Shown one piece after another: positions 18,915 through 29,236 of a stretch of 64,000 nucleotides of DNA. Numbering within the stretch: position 1 is the stretch's first letter; each line of letters opens with the position of its first letter. The notes beneath the pieces were generated by a model that saw only the letters and a program-made list of their open reading frames with translations, was not told the DNA's origin and did not search any database. Origin of the DNA: Candidatus Cloacimonadales bacterium. Lineage in GTDB: Bacteria; Cloacimonadota; Cloacimonadia; Cloacimonadales; JAFGVF01. The DNA lies in the NCBI GenBank assembly GCA_963663475.2, contig CAXXJV010000001.1, forward strand, positions 1,024,001-1,088,000, read 5' to 3'. Made by a program: the position numbers and the translations under genes.

Positions 18915-20415
18915 TAGTTACCTCTTTATGAACAGGGAATTGGAGGGTGAAAATAGTGCCATTACCTGGGGATGATTGGAATGAGATAGAACCACCATTT
19001 GCTTCGATAAGGTCTTTAGCTACAGAAAGACCGATACCTGTACCAATATTTTCTTTTTTGGTTGAGAATAAGGGATTGAAAATCTTGTGTTTTACTCCTG
19101 GGTCAATACCTATACCATTATCTGAAACTGTAATAATAACATCATTATCGTTTAGTTCACTTGTAATTTCTATCAAGCCAGTTTTATTCTTAATAGCTTG
19201 TTCTGCATTTAGCAGGATATTGATAAGTATCTGATGAAACTGAGATGGATCAATTAAGATAGAAGGTAGGTTAGGATGTAAATATAGTTTGATACTTATA
19301 TCTTTTCTATTGGATCGAGCTTGGACAAGCATCAAGGCAGATTTAATATTCTGATTTACATCAACTCTTTCAAGTTTACTAGCAACTTCACCTGAAAAGT
19401 GCATCAGTTTCTTGATAATATCACGAGCAGATAGGGAAGCATTAATAATCCTGTTAAGATCTTTTTTAGCATAGTCATCTAGGCTATCATTAGTAGAAAG
19501 TAACTGGGAGAAACCTAGAATATCATTGAGAGGTTCATTGAGCTGAATTGCTACACCAGAAGTTAGCTGACCTAAAGTAGCTAATCTATCAGTATGACGT
19601 AATTGCTTGAAATATTGAGTGTTTGATGTATTGGAAAATTTATTTTCAATAATATGATTTAGTTCTTGAGCAATATCTTTGATTAGTTCTTTCTCAACTT
19701 GGAGGAAGGGGTATTCTGCCTGGGAGAGTATTTCTTGGGGATAAGTAATTTCTAAGAAGCCAACAATTTGCTTATTTAATACCAGGTCAGTCTTCATAGA
19801 AAGAATACTTTCCATAAAGTTTTTGGTAGCAACTAAATGATTACAACATTTTATTCTTGCTTGGGCTAAGTGGTTAAAAGTCCAGGTTGAAGCAATTACC
19901 ACAACAGCTTTTTCCAGAAATTGTTCAAGAGAAATATCCGGAACAAGGGCTAGTGATTTAATTTTATAAAGACAGATAATTTCTTTTGCTCTTTGAATTT
20001 GAATAAACTTAGAGAAGAGTGTATCTAGCATGAGGAAAATGAAGGTGCAAATAGAATCGATTTCTTGGCTAGTGCATTTATTATTTATCAAGATATTGAA
20101 ATCATTTTCTTGCTGGTAACTCTTTGTAATTAATCTTAAAGAGGGATTAAGAGCTAATATTTCTTTAATGGAGATGTTTTTCAAAGAATTATAATGGTTA
20201 TTGTTGTCAAGATTATCTATACTTAAAAACCAATTCCTGCTTAAATACTCACTTTTGATAAAATAGTTACCTATCCTGTAAATAAGTACACTATCTGAAT
20301 AGAGGAGGTTATCTTCTAGTACCTTATGTACATATCTAAGATAAGAGCGATAACTCTTATTGTTCTCGCTCTTATTGTTTAATTCTAATATTATTTTCTC
20401 AAGTTTTGATATCAT
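18907..20415 (-). CDS. Soluble NtrB-type histidine kinase-like protein lacking the phospho-His
   Basis: N, G1 (DNGIG), F and G2 (GTGIGL) boxes intact; H-box reads LGQLTSGVAIQLNEPL instead of ...GVAHELNxPL. Confidence 0.88.
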   Translation of the reverse strand: MISKLEKIILELNNKSENNKSYRSYLRYVHKVLEDNLLYSDSVLIYRIGNYFIKSEYLSRNWFLSIDNLDNNNHYNSLKNISIKEILALNPSLRLITKSYQQENDFNILINNKCTSQEIDSICTFIFLMLDTLFSKFIQIQRAKEIICLYKIKSLALVPDISLEQFLEKAVVVIASTWTFNHLAQARIKCCNHLVATKNFMESILSMKTDLVLNKQIVGFLEITYPQEILSQAEYPFLQVEKELIKDIAQELNHIIENKFSNTSNTQYFKQLRHTDRLATLGQLTSGVAIQLNEPLNDILGFSQLLSTNDSLDDYAKKDLNRIINASLSARDIIKKLMHFSGEVASKLERVDVNQNIKSALMLVQARSNRKDISIKLYLHPNLPSILIDPSQFHQILINILLNAEQAIKNKTGLIEITSELNDNDVIITVSDNGIGIDPGVKHKIFNPLFSTKKENIGTGIGLSVAKDLIEANGGSISFQSSPGNGTIFTLQFPVHKEVTNE

Positions 20416-20591
20416 GGATTTAGTTAATTATAGCTTCTTAAATCCGTCAAGTACTCTTTAGCCCAAATTGTAGTAGGCTTTTGTGAATAGCTAAGTATCT
20501 GCACTCTTTATTAAACCCTAATTGTGCTATTCAGCAGAGATCTAATGCATTATTTTGGGTTAAAGTCCTACTAGATCATTGAGAGTTAGTA

Positions 20592-22010
20592 TTACAAGGA
20601 TTTCTTATGAAAGGCAAGTCCTATCTTAGGGTTAGTTATTGAATTTGGACCAGCTATACAGCCACCTTCACAAGCCATTACTTCCATGAAATTAGTGTCT
20701 AATTTCCCCTCAAGAAAAGCCTTAATTCTAAGTCTCGTCTTTTTATCAATACCATTGATAATTTCTGCTTTAAAATCTGCATCTGCTGGAAGATTTAACT
20801 GGATTGCTTGACTAACCCCTTGGCTAACTGCAAAGTTACGTGCAGGAGAAGAACCTGTAAGACTAGGATGCTCTGCTGGTAAATCATTCATTTGTATGTC
20901 ACTAGCAGCTAACATAGCTCCAACCTCTTCAAAAGAAATAACATAATCAGTGTTGGGGTCTGATAATGCTTCACATTTTTTTGCAATACAAGGTCCGATA
21001 AAAACACTGATAGAGTCTGCATCTCTTCTTTTAACCTCCTGGGAAGTATATTTCATAGGAGACAGGGTTGTTGAAACAAATTCAAGTTTGTCTGCTTGAT
21101 GCTTTTCTATATAGTTAACATAGGCAGGACAGCAGGAAGAGGTTAAGGCTGGTTTGCGGATTTGAGATAGTTCTAACCATTCATGAGCTTCTTTTTGACC
21201 TGTTTCTATAGCTCCGTAAGCTACTTCAACTACCTCTGAAAAACCTAACTTTAAAAGGCCTGAAATTATCTTTTCGTAGGCAAGAGTAAACTGGCCAGCT
21301 ATAGCTGGAGCAATCATTGCTACTAGTTTTTTCCCTTTTTTTAATTGCTTTATAACAAAGGGCATTTGTGATTTTTCAAAGATAGCACCAAAAGGACAAG
21401 CATTCATGCATTTACCACAAAAAATACACTTAGTGAAATCAATTTTTGCTATACCATTCTCATCTTTAGAGATAGCATCAACAGGGCAGACTTCTTGGCA
21501 GGGGACAGGTATATAAGTTATGGCATGATAAGGGCAGGCTTCTAGGCATTTCCCACAGTTTTTGCAAAGTTCAGCATCTATTTCTGTATGCCCATTCTTA
21601 AAAGATATTGCTTTAGCAGGACAGTTCATCATGCAGGGTCTGGCTACACAGGCTCGGCAAGCATTGGTTACGAAATAGCTATTTTTTGAACAAGCAGAAC
21701 AGCCCTCGTTTAGTACAGTTAAAAAATTAGCATCAATTTGAGGTTGGTCTAATCTCTCTTCTGCAAATTCTTTAATACTTTTTAATTCATCATCTTCCTC
21801 GTAGCCTACACCAAAACAAGCTAAGGCTGCTGATCTAGTCACAGCTCTTTCTTTATAAATACAGCATCTAATGGAAGATTGACTACCTTTAGGTGTCATC
21901 ATAACTGGTAGTTTGTTTAATTCACTTAGGTCTCTATCATTTAAGAGAATGTCAGCAATTCTAACTTTTAGATCTCTTCTTAATAAGATAGTATTATTTA
22001 TCTGAAACAT
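20592..22010 (-). CDS. Monomeric [FeFe]-hydrogenase with extra ferredoxin domains (HfsD-like, group B)
   Basis: H-cluster motifs TSSCCPA, GPCIAKKCE, EVMACEGGCIAG; several CxxCxxCxxxCP; RCCIYKERA. Confidence 0.9.
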   Translation of the reverse strand: MFQINNTILLRRDLKVRIADILLNDRDLSELNKLPVMMTPKGSQSSIRCCIYKERAVTRSAALACFGVGYEEDDELKSIKEFAEERLDQPQIDANFLTVLNEGCSACSKNSYFVTNACRACVARPCMMNCPAKAISFKNGHTEIDAELCKNCGKCLEACPYHAITYIPVPCQEVCPVDAISKDENGIAKIDFTKCIFCGKCMNACPFGAIFEKSQMPFVIKQLKKGKKLVAMIAPAIAGQFTLAYEKIISGLLKLGFSEVVEVAYGAIETGQKEAHEWLELSQIRKPALTSSCCPAYVNYIEKHQADKLEFVSTTLSPMKYTSQEVKRRDADSISVFIGPCIAKKCEALSDPNTDYVISFEEVGAMLAASDIQMNDLPAEHPSLTGSSPARNFAVSQGVSQAIQLNLPADADFKAEIINGIDKKTRLRIKAFLEGKLDTNFMEVMACEGGCIAGPNSITNPKIGLAFHKKSL

Positions 22011-22012
22011 GA

Positions 22013-22276
22013 TTACTCCTTGATATTGAAAATACTGTTAAGGTAGGCTATTAGCTTATCAACATTGGCTTGACAGAGTAAGTGGTCACCTACCATAACG
22101 AAGGGTGCACTAGAAGCTGCGTATTCTTTACAATTACCTAAGCAAGGAGAACCATAAATTTCAACTTGATTATTATATCTTTCTTCAATCTCTTTTTTGT
22201 AAATTAATATTTCTGAAGAACCCATTAAATGACAAGTCGTTCCACAACATACTGTTATTCTTATTTGATTTTCCAT
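22013..22276 (-). CDS. Thioredoxin-like [2Fe-2S] ferredoxin (NuoE-like)
   Basis: CCGTTC...CLGNC...APFV. Confidence 0.85.
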   Translation of the reverse strand: MENQIRITVCCGTTCHLMGSSEILIYKKEIEERYNNQVEIYGSPCLGNCKEYAASSAPFVMVGDHLLCQANVDKLIAYLNSIFNIKE

Positions 22277-22288
22277 TTTATCCTCTCA

Positions 22289-23485
22289 CTATACAAAGTT
22301 TATTTTTACATCTTTTAAATATCTATCTTCCAAGACTTTTCCAATTCGCCTAATAGTATTACGTCTAATACCTAGCTCAATAGGCATGTTAGGGTCTTGA
22401 TGGGCATCATTAATTTTAGTCCCAACATAAAAATCTATAATATCACTGCTCAAGAATAGTTTGACTAACTTAGTTGCCCCATTATCAATTTTAATGTTCT
22501 CTATAAATTCTTTACTTTTTAAGTACTTCAAGCTTTCTCCCATTGTTATCATTCCCTCAGTAACTAAGTCTATACCTGACATAAAGGAAGAACAGGGAAC
22601 AATAGGATCTAAAGTAGAAATATCAACCTCAACATCTCTATTGAGTTGTCTTGCTAATATTTTAGCTGTAGTTCCTCCACAAATAGCTTTTTTACCTTGG
22701 TAACTGTTAAGAATTTCAGCTAAATATTCATCCTTGTCAGGGTTGATGGGAGGACCAGTTAAAACTACTAGTTTTCTAGGCTTACGAATATTTATGACAC
22801 AGCAGGTAATATCATCTTGGGCTTTGTAATTACTATTGGCAGAAGCATGTTCTACAATTTCTTGGGCAAAACTTCTGGCTGATAAATTTGGGTATTTCTT
22901 AACTAGAAATTGAGCAAAATCTTTAACATTCTCTATCCCCCAACCTAAGGGGTAGGCATTTGACCCCATACCTGATTGGTTAACACCATCGGAGAAGAAA
23001 ATCAATTTGTCACCTAATTCTAGCTGAAAATTGGACATGTTTATGGTATATTTCCGTTTGATATTTTCTATTTTTCCTTGATAGCTTTTTATATAAGGAT
23101 CCATCAACTTATCACCCCTAAGCAAGATAAAAGGAGGATTGTCATAATCAACAATACTGCACTTGCCTTGATAATCAATATCGACTATAGTAAATGTTGC
23201 ATAACTTATTTTGCGAATACTATCTACAGGAAGGGTATTCATTATTGTTTCAGCAGCCTTAATAATATCATACTTATTGCAAGAGTAGGTTAAAGCCATT
23301 TTGGCTGTCATAGAAGAAATAACATTGGCTCTGACTCCGCTACCTAGTCCATCTGAAAGAGTTGCTATTATGCGTTTATCATCCTTAACCTTTGTGCTTA
23401 GAAAGGTATCTCCACAGACCTTTTGTCCATATTTAAACTTCTGAACATAATCTACTTCTATAAAGAAATTATTATTTATCTGCAT
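22289..23485 (-). CDS. SpoIIE/PP2C-family Ser/Thr phosphatase (HfsC-like)
   Basis: CGD, LSDGLGSG, FSDGV, DDITC; C-terminal ICGGTTA domain. Confidence 0.88.
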   Translation of the reverse strand: MQINNNFFIEVDYVQKFKYGQKVCGDTFLSTKVKDDKRIIATLSDGLGSGVRANVISSMTAKMALTYSCNKYDIIKAAETIMNTLPVDSIRKISYATFTIVDIDYQGKCSIVDYDNPPFILLRGDKLMDPYIKSYQGKIENIKRKYTINMSNFQLELGDKLIFFSDGVNQSGMGSNAYPLGWGIENVKDFAQFLVKKYPNLSARSFAQEIVEHASANSNYKAQDDITCCVINIRKPRKLVVLTGPPINPDKDEYLAEILNSYQGKKAICGGTTAKILARQLNRDVEVDISTLDPIVPCSSFMSGIDLVTEGMITMGESLKYLKSKEFIENIKIDNGATKLVKLFLSSDIIDFYVGTKINDAHQDPNMPIELGIRRNTIRRIGKVLEDRYLKDVKINFV

Positions 23486-23494
23486 AACTACTAC

Positions 23495-25216
23495 CTAATC
23501 AGAAACATTTTCAGTTTTATCAATACCAGAGACATCTATAATAGAATTTAAGGCTATCTCAACTTCTGCTGCATTTTCTCCTAAAAGAAAGGCTATTTTC
23601 TGAACCATATCTAAATTCTTGTTAATTACATTTTTTGCCTGACTTATTGTATGGCCTCTAGCTACTGAGGGAAGAGTAATATCTTGGAGAACAGCTCCAA
23701 CTAATTCATGCTTCTCAATAGAGAATATAGATATTTTTAAATACTTTTCTCCATAACGTAATTCCTTATCTAAAATATCATTACCTTTATCAAGAACTTG
23801 CTTAAACATGCCAGTAAAAGATATCATTTTATCTAATCTGGCTCCATCTAAATCAATTGCATCTGTAGCGAATTGCTCATCTAGACCTAAGATTTTAAAG
23901 AAATTATCATTTGTTTCTTGAATAATCATCTCTTTATCAACAATTATAACTCCAGAAGGCATGGTTCTAAAAAGGGCAGAAGCTTTTTTCTGGGCTAATT
24001 TTCTTAAGTAAGAAACACACATGGAAGCTTCAGCTTTCCCCTCAATTATAGCTTGAGCAAATTCACGACAGGTATTATAGCCACAACCACCACAATTTTT
24101 TTCGTCTTCAGGGCGATTCTTTCCTATTTTGCGAAAAACTTCAGTAATAGTCATTTCTTTATTAATATTATTAGTCAGTTCAATATGTTTATAAGCTTGG
24201 CTAATATCTAATTGAGCTGGTCTTTCTGTCTTTTTTCCAATATATTTATTCTGATTTAAAATATCGATTTCTTTAAGTAAATAGGATTTATCTTTAAAAC
24301 AGGCAGGTCCATTAATACAACCACCTTTGCAAGCAAGAGTCTCCAAGAATATGTTGTTAGTGAGTCCTTTTGCTATCAAGTCATTGAAGAGTTTGCATAT
24401 ATCATCAGTGCCAGAAATAGAGTAACATTGATAGTCACTAGTTTTACTTAGAGCAAGAGTATTAATCATACCCCCTTCCACAGGATAGAGACTTCCCTCC
24501 TGGGCACAAGTTGGTAAGAAATCACAATTATTCTCAGCCTCTAAATGATAAGGATCTATCTTTGAATCTGCAAAGAACTTGTGTAAATCTTTGAAGGTTA
24601 TAGCTAAATCTAAGAGGTCTTGGTGATTATCTGATTCCACTTTTTTAGAAATGCAAGGACCAATAAAAGCAATTAAGTAGTCTGGACCAAAATGCTTTTT
24701 TAAGATTCTGCAATGGGCTAATAAGGGTGAATCTATAGGTATTAAAGAAGAAACTAGCTGAGGGTAATATTTCTCAATTAGTTCTACGATTGTAGGACAG
24801 GCTGTAGAAATCTGAATCCCTTTACTAGTACTTAAATACTGAGTTAAGCTACTGTTTACCTCTTCTGCTCCCAAAGCTGTTTCGGAAACATGGCTTATAC
24901 CTAATTTCTTGAGGCCAGAAATTAGTTTTTCCTTGGGTAAATTAGGAAACTCACTTTTCCAAGAAGGGGCTAAAGAGATTATTATTTTTGCATTTCTTGA
25001 TAAGAGAAGTTTTAATTTAGACAGATCATCTCTGATACTCTTGGCATTAACAGGGCAAATATCAACGCAATGACCACAGTGAATGCAGAGTTCAGGAATA
25101 ATAGAAGCATGATGATTTTCAACTTTGATAGCTTTTACTGGACAGCCTCTCACACACTTATAACAGTCTTGGCACTCAGCAAATTTAGTAAATACAGGTA
25201 AATTATTAGGGTTCAT
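23495..25216 (-). CDS. Sensory [FeFe]-hydrogenase-like protein with FeS and PAS domains (HfsB/HydS-like, group C)
   Basis: 2x[4Fe-4S] N-terminus; variant motifs STACP, GPCISKK, LACKGGCING; CGGCGYNTC; PAS-like C-terminus. Confidence 0.88.
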   Translation of the reverse strand: MNPNNLPVFTKFAECQDCYKCVRGCPVKAIKVENHHASIIPELCIHCGHCVDICPVNAKSIRDDLSKLKLLLSRNAKIIISLAPSWKSEFPNLPKEKLISGLKKLGISHVSETALGAEEVNSSLTQYLSTSKGIQISTACPTIVELIEKYYPQLVSSLIPIDSPLLAHCRILKKHFGPDYLIAFIGPCISKKVESDNHQDLLDLAITFKDLHKFFADSKIDPYHLEAENNCDFLPTCAQEGSLYPVEGGMINTLALSKTSDYQCYSISGTDDICKLFNDLIAKGLTNNIFLETLACKGGCINGPACFKDKSYLLKEIDILNQNKYIGKKTERPAQLDISQAYKHIELTNNINKEMTITEVFRKIGKNRPEDEKNCGGCGYNTCREFAQAIIEGKAEASMCVSYLRKLAQKKASALFRTMPSGVIIVDKEMIIQETNDNFFKILGLDEQFATDAIDLDGARLDKMISFTGMFKQVLDKGNDILDKELRYGEKYLKISIFSIEKHELVGAVLQDITLPSVARGHTISQAKNVINKNLDMVQKIAFLLGENAAEVEIALNSIIDVSGIDKTENVSD

Positions 25217-25218
25217 GA

Positions 25219-25476
25219 CTAGTCCTCATTTAAAATTTTTTCGACTAAATTAATTAGATTATAATAGTCTATTTCGTGAAATATTTCACCGTTTATTTTG
25301 ATGTTTGGACCATCTTTGCATAAACCTTCGCACAAATTTCCTTGTAGAAAGACTCTGTCTCCTAAGTTGTGTTCTTCAATATAAGATTTTAATCTTTCAA
25401 GAGTTTCCCTGTTACCTCTAGGATAACAAGAACTTCCCATGCAGATACTAATATTTATATCTTTCTTATTAGGCAT
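25219..25476 (-). CDS. Thioredoxin-like [2Fe-2S] ferredoxin (HfsA-like)
   Basis: CMGSSC...CEGLCKDGP. Confidence 0.85.
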   Translation of the reverse strand: MPNKKDINISICMGSSCYPRGNRETLERLKSYIEEHNLGDRVFLQGNLCEGLCKDGPNIKINGEIFHEIDYYNLINLVEKILNED

Positions 25477-25662
25477 AATTCCACCTCTCTTTAATAGATA
25501 TAAATATATCGATTAAAATATAGCTTTATGTGTCAAGTTTTATTTCTTCTTTTTTGGAAATATTCTCAAAGAGATTGTTAAACCCCGAATAATGCAGTAG
25601 ATCTTTGCGAATAGCAGAATCTTCTTTTGCATAAGCAAGCTACATTATTTATCATTTTATTA

Positions 25663-25795
25663 AACCCTTACTGGGTAATATCTTTGGGCTAGCCATCATT
25701 ACCCAGGCTTGCGATACTTTGAATCTTCGCTAAAGCTACGCCTTCACAAGTCAGCATCTTACCCTGGGCTAAATTATTTTATCCCTTCCAGGGAT
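25663..25795. repeat. Degenerate REP-like multi-hairpin element
   Basis: ACCCTTACTGGGT ... ACCCAGG...CCTGGG ... ATCCCTTCCAGGGAT: same three-hairpin layout as the right arm of the repeats flanking tnpA. Confidence 0.5.
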
Positions 25796-25902
25796 TTTTG
25801 ATGAATCAATATAGTAATGAAATTTTCTCATTTTCCTATATTATTCCCACCAGACTTGAATTTGAGCCAAAATTACTGAGAAAAAACTATATTATTCTCT
25901 AT

Positions 25903-25983
25903 TCATCCTTAATCCTTCCTTTACAGTCTTTCGATGAAACTGGGACTTTCATCGAAAGACTGTAAAGGAAGGATTAGGGATGA
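25903..25983. repeat. Long palindromic intergenic repeat, copy 2 of 3
   Basis: ~37-bp arms TCATCCTTAATCCTTCCTTTACAGTCTTTCGATGAAA / complement, loop ctgggac. Confidence 0.9.
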
Positions 25984-26148
25984 TAAGGGTATTGATAAGA
26001 CTGGTCTTCCTCAATCCTAGGTAAGGGACTTGGGGCGAACAAAAAATAATTTCTCCCTTCCAGGGTTAAGATAAAGCTTTAGCTAATATATACAGGGGCT
26101 AACGAAACTTGCCTCTATCATAGTTTTTTTGAAACAAAAGCTTTCTAA

Positions 26149-27294
26149 TTAAGTATTAACTAATAATTTGATAAATAAACTATTAATAGGTCCAGTTCTA
26201 ATAGACTTTTCCCAAACAGGTTTAATCTTCAGGGCGTTAATAAGATTGGGGTGGCCAGTCAAAATATAGACTTGGCAGTTGACGCATTTCTCTTTCAAGA
26301 AGTTCCCTAAGTCTTTGTAAAGTTCTCTTAAGGTATCTTGGTCATCATATTTATTGCCATAAGGGGGATTGATAATAATAGTGCAATCTTTAATAAATTT
26401 AATATCTTTGAAGTTTCTATTTTCTACAATTACTCGATCTCCGTAGGGAAGTTTAGCTAAGTTTTCTTTGGTTGCTACCACAGCAGTAGGGGAGATGTCA
26501 TTGGCAAAGATGAGATGTTTAGGTAGGGGTCTTTTATTACTTTCAATCTCTTCTTTAACTTGGTCCCAGAGTTTTTTATTAAAATTAGGTAGTCTTTTCA
26601 GGTTATTATTTTCTTTGAGTAAGTCATTAGGAAGTTTGCAGTAGTTAAGAATAGCTTCCCCAAGGAAAGTACCTGAGCCACACATAAAGTCTAGCAATTT
26701 AGTAGAACCATCCCAGTCAGTTTCTCTGAGAAGGGCAGCTGCAATAGTTTCTTGAATAGAAGATTTAACACTTTGAGTTTTGTAGCCTCTTTTGTGCATG
26801 GAAGCTCCAGTTAAATCTAGACTAATAGTAGCCTTGTTGTTATCTATATGCAGGTTAAATAGTATATCAGGGTCTTTTAGGGTAAAGTTTGGTCTTCTAT
26901 CGTGTTTGAGAATAAACTGGTTACAGATAGCATCTTTCATAACTTGGCCAGCATAGAGAGAATTGTTGATAATAGAATCTTTTACATTAGAGACAATGCC
27001 AAAAGTTTCATCAACATTAAATAATTGAGACCAGTGGATATCTTTGTAGGTAAGAATGCCTAAGTATTTAGGCGAGAAACAATCGAATTTGACAAGAGGT
27101 GCTAGGATTCTTTGGCAAGTTTTAGCCATTAAGATTATGGTATATAGGCTTTTGTCATCTGCAGTGAAATGACAGCCACCACTGGTAATTTCAATATTTG
27201 TAGCTCCAAGTTCAGAGAGTTCTTTTTTTACTAAGATTTCTAATGATCCAGTTATTTGGGCGAAATAACGGTTTTTTTTTCTATATTCAAACAT
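26149..27294 (-). CDS. THUMP-domain RNA methyltransferase (RlmL/YpsC-like)
   Basis: MHKRGY, ETIAAALL, DFMCGSGT, NPPYG. Confidence 0.88.
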   Translation of the reverse strand: MFEYRKKNRYFAQITGSLEILVKKELSELGATNIEITSGGCHFTADDKSLYTIILMAKTCQRILAPLVKFDCFSPKYLGILTYKDIHWSQLFNVDETFGIVSNVKDSIINNSLYAGQVMKDAICNQFILKHDRRPNFTLKDPDILFNLHIDNNKATISLDLTGASMHKRGYKTQSVKSSIQETIAAALLRETDWDGSTKLLDFMCGSGTFLGEAILNYCKLPNDLLKENNNLKRLPNFNKKLWDQVKEEIESNKRPLPKHLIFANDISPTAVVATKENLAKLPYGDRVIVENRNFKDIKFIKDCTIIINPPYGNKYDDQDTLRELYKDLGNFLKEKCVNCQVYILTGHPNLINALKIKPVWEKSIRTGPINSLFIKLLVNT

Positions 27295-27303
27295 TATAAT
27301 TCC

Positions 27304-28245
27304 TTATTTTAAATTATTTTCTTCAAGATATTTTGTGCTAAGCTCATAGAATTTAGCTTTATCTAATAGGGGGAGGAGGTTAGCAAGTATTTCTTCTTTA
27401 TTATCAAAACTATTTGCCAAGTATTTCCAGATATTTTTCATTCTACCAAGTATATAGAAATCATTATCTGAATAAGACTCAAAAGCTGAAAAGAGGTCTT
27501 TATGCCAGTTTAGGAGTTTACTTTTACAGATAATAGATTTCTTCCCGCCTTTAACATACCAAGCTAGGAAGGGGTTCATTAAGATACCTCGACCAAGCAT
27601 CCAGCTATTGATAGTTGGGAAGCGTTTTTGGAGTTTATGAAAGTGGTCTATGGTGAAAATATCTCCACTATAAGTTATTGGGTGTTTTAATTCTGTGATA
27701 GCATCAGCAATAACATCTAGATTAACTTGGTCCTCGTACATTTGTATAGCAGTTCGAGGATGGATAATGATATTCTTTATTGGGTAATTATTAAGTACTT
27801 TAATCAAGTGATTGAACTCAGAATGATGAAAACGTCCTGCTCGGAACTTAACTGATAATTCTTGTTTTTTTAGTTTGGAAAAAATATCATTTAAGATTCT
27901 GTCAATCTGGTCTGGATAATTGAGAAGTCCTGCTCCCCTTCCCTTATTCATAATTATTTTAGCAGGACAGGCCAGATTAAGATTAATCTCATTGTATCCC
28001 CAATAATAGAGAAATTCACTGGCTTTTAAGAATGATTCTTGATTATGATTAAGGAGTTGAGGAACTATAGGCATCCTTTGATCAACAGGGTGTAAATCAG
28101 TAAAAGACTTCTTGGAAATCTTACTATTATCAGATAAGCTAATAAAGGGTGCTATGGCATAATCAAAATAGGGAAAGTGTTTTTGATAAACATTTCTAAA
28201 TTTACAATCTGTTATAGCTAGCAAAGGTGCCATTACTAAATCCAT
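27304..28245 (-). CDS. tRNA-dihydrouridine synthase family protein
   Basis: MAPL, NLNLACP, GRGAGLL, SVKFRAG, IHPRT, MLGRG. Confidence 0.9.
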   Translation of the reverse strand: MDLVMAPLLAITDCKFRNVYQKHFPYFDYAIAPFISLSDNSKISKKSFTDLHPVDQRMPIVPQLLNHNQESFLKASEFLYYWGYNEINLNLACPAKIIMNKGRGAGLLNYPDQIDRILNDIFSKLKKQELSVKFRAGRFHHSEFNHLIKVLNNYPIKNIIIHPRTAIQMYEDQVNLDVIADAITELKHPITYSGDIFTIDHFHKLQKRFPTINSWMLGRGILMNPFLAWYVKGGKKSIICKSKLLNWHKDLFSAFESYSDNDFYILGRMKNIWKYLANSFDNKEEILANLLPLLDKAKFYELSTKYLEENNLK

Positions 28246-28387
28246 TTTTTCTCCAATCTGATATAAAAATTACTTAATACCATTATAAATAACAAATGTT
28301 TTTCGTTAAGTAATTTTTTCTATTTTACAAATATTCTTTAAGAGTTAGCAGGATTATTCTTGATGGATAATCTTGTAGATGGGGAGC

Positions 28388-29158
28388 TTAACTCTTTTTC
28401 TGCAAGTTAATTAAGGCATTATTGGGTAAGAATATTTCAATAATTCCTGAAGAATAGGGGCCTATGGAATATTGAGGAAAAGTTAATAGAATACCATCTT
28501 TAGTGAAGTTCCAAATTTTCAGTAGATCTGGAGATGCTTTTACTTGGTCGTCGAAGATAACTATATTATTTTTCAGACAGTAGTCTGTGCAATATTCTGC
28601 CAATTTATCTAAGTTAAGATTTTTAATTTTATCAGCTAGTTTATAGGATTTAAAGTTAACAAGGTCAAAGTTAAAGTGTTTAACGGAAGTATTACCATGA
28701 GCACCTCCAGTAAATTCATAGTTAAGAAGTTTCAAGGATAGTTCAGTTTGGGATTGATAGACAATATCGAATGACCATTTTTGAATATAAGGGAAATTTT
28801 GATAGAATTCATCTTTAACTTTATCACGGTTGTAGAAGGCATCGATAAAGGCTTTTATTTTTCCTGATCTATATTCTGAAATGACTTTACCAACGAATTG
28901 TTGTTCTGCTTCTGACATAAGGGGGAAGGTGATAGTTTGTACAAAGATAGTATCTTGGGAATTCACTTGGATAAAATCTTCATTTAAGATAAGTCGTTTA
29001 GGAGCAGTAAGTGGATTTTGAATTGATTTCTTAGCAGGGTAAGAAATGTCTGTTTTAGGGGTTTTCAAACTAGTATTTTTATTGCTTATTCCCAGCATAT
29101 TCATAGTTGCGAATAAGAAGACAAGTGATATTATTAAGATTTTATGAGTTTTTAACAT
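28388..29158 (-). CDS. Secreted DUF3298/DUF4163 (RsiV/PdaC-like) protein
   Basis: signal peptide; YEFTGGAHG, FPQYSIGPYSSG. Confidence 0.8.
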   Translation of the reverse strand: MLKTHKILIISLVFLFATMNMLGISNKNTSLKTPKTDISYPAKKSIQNPLTAPKRLILNEDFIQVNSQDTIFVQTITFPLMSEAEQQFVGKVISEYRSGKIKAFIDAFYNRDKVKDEFYQNFPYIQKWSFDIVYQSQTELSLKLLNYEFTGGAHGNTSVKHFNFDLVNFKSYKLADKIKNLNLDKLAEYCTDYCLKNNIVIFDDQVKASPDLLKIWNFTKDGILLTFPQYSIGPYSSGIIEIFLPNNALINLQKKS

Positions 29159-29236
29159 AAGATTATTCCTTTTTTTGTGTTATGTATAATTATAAGATAA
29201 GCTAAAATATTAAGTTTGCAATTAATATATCAATAA

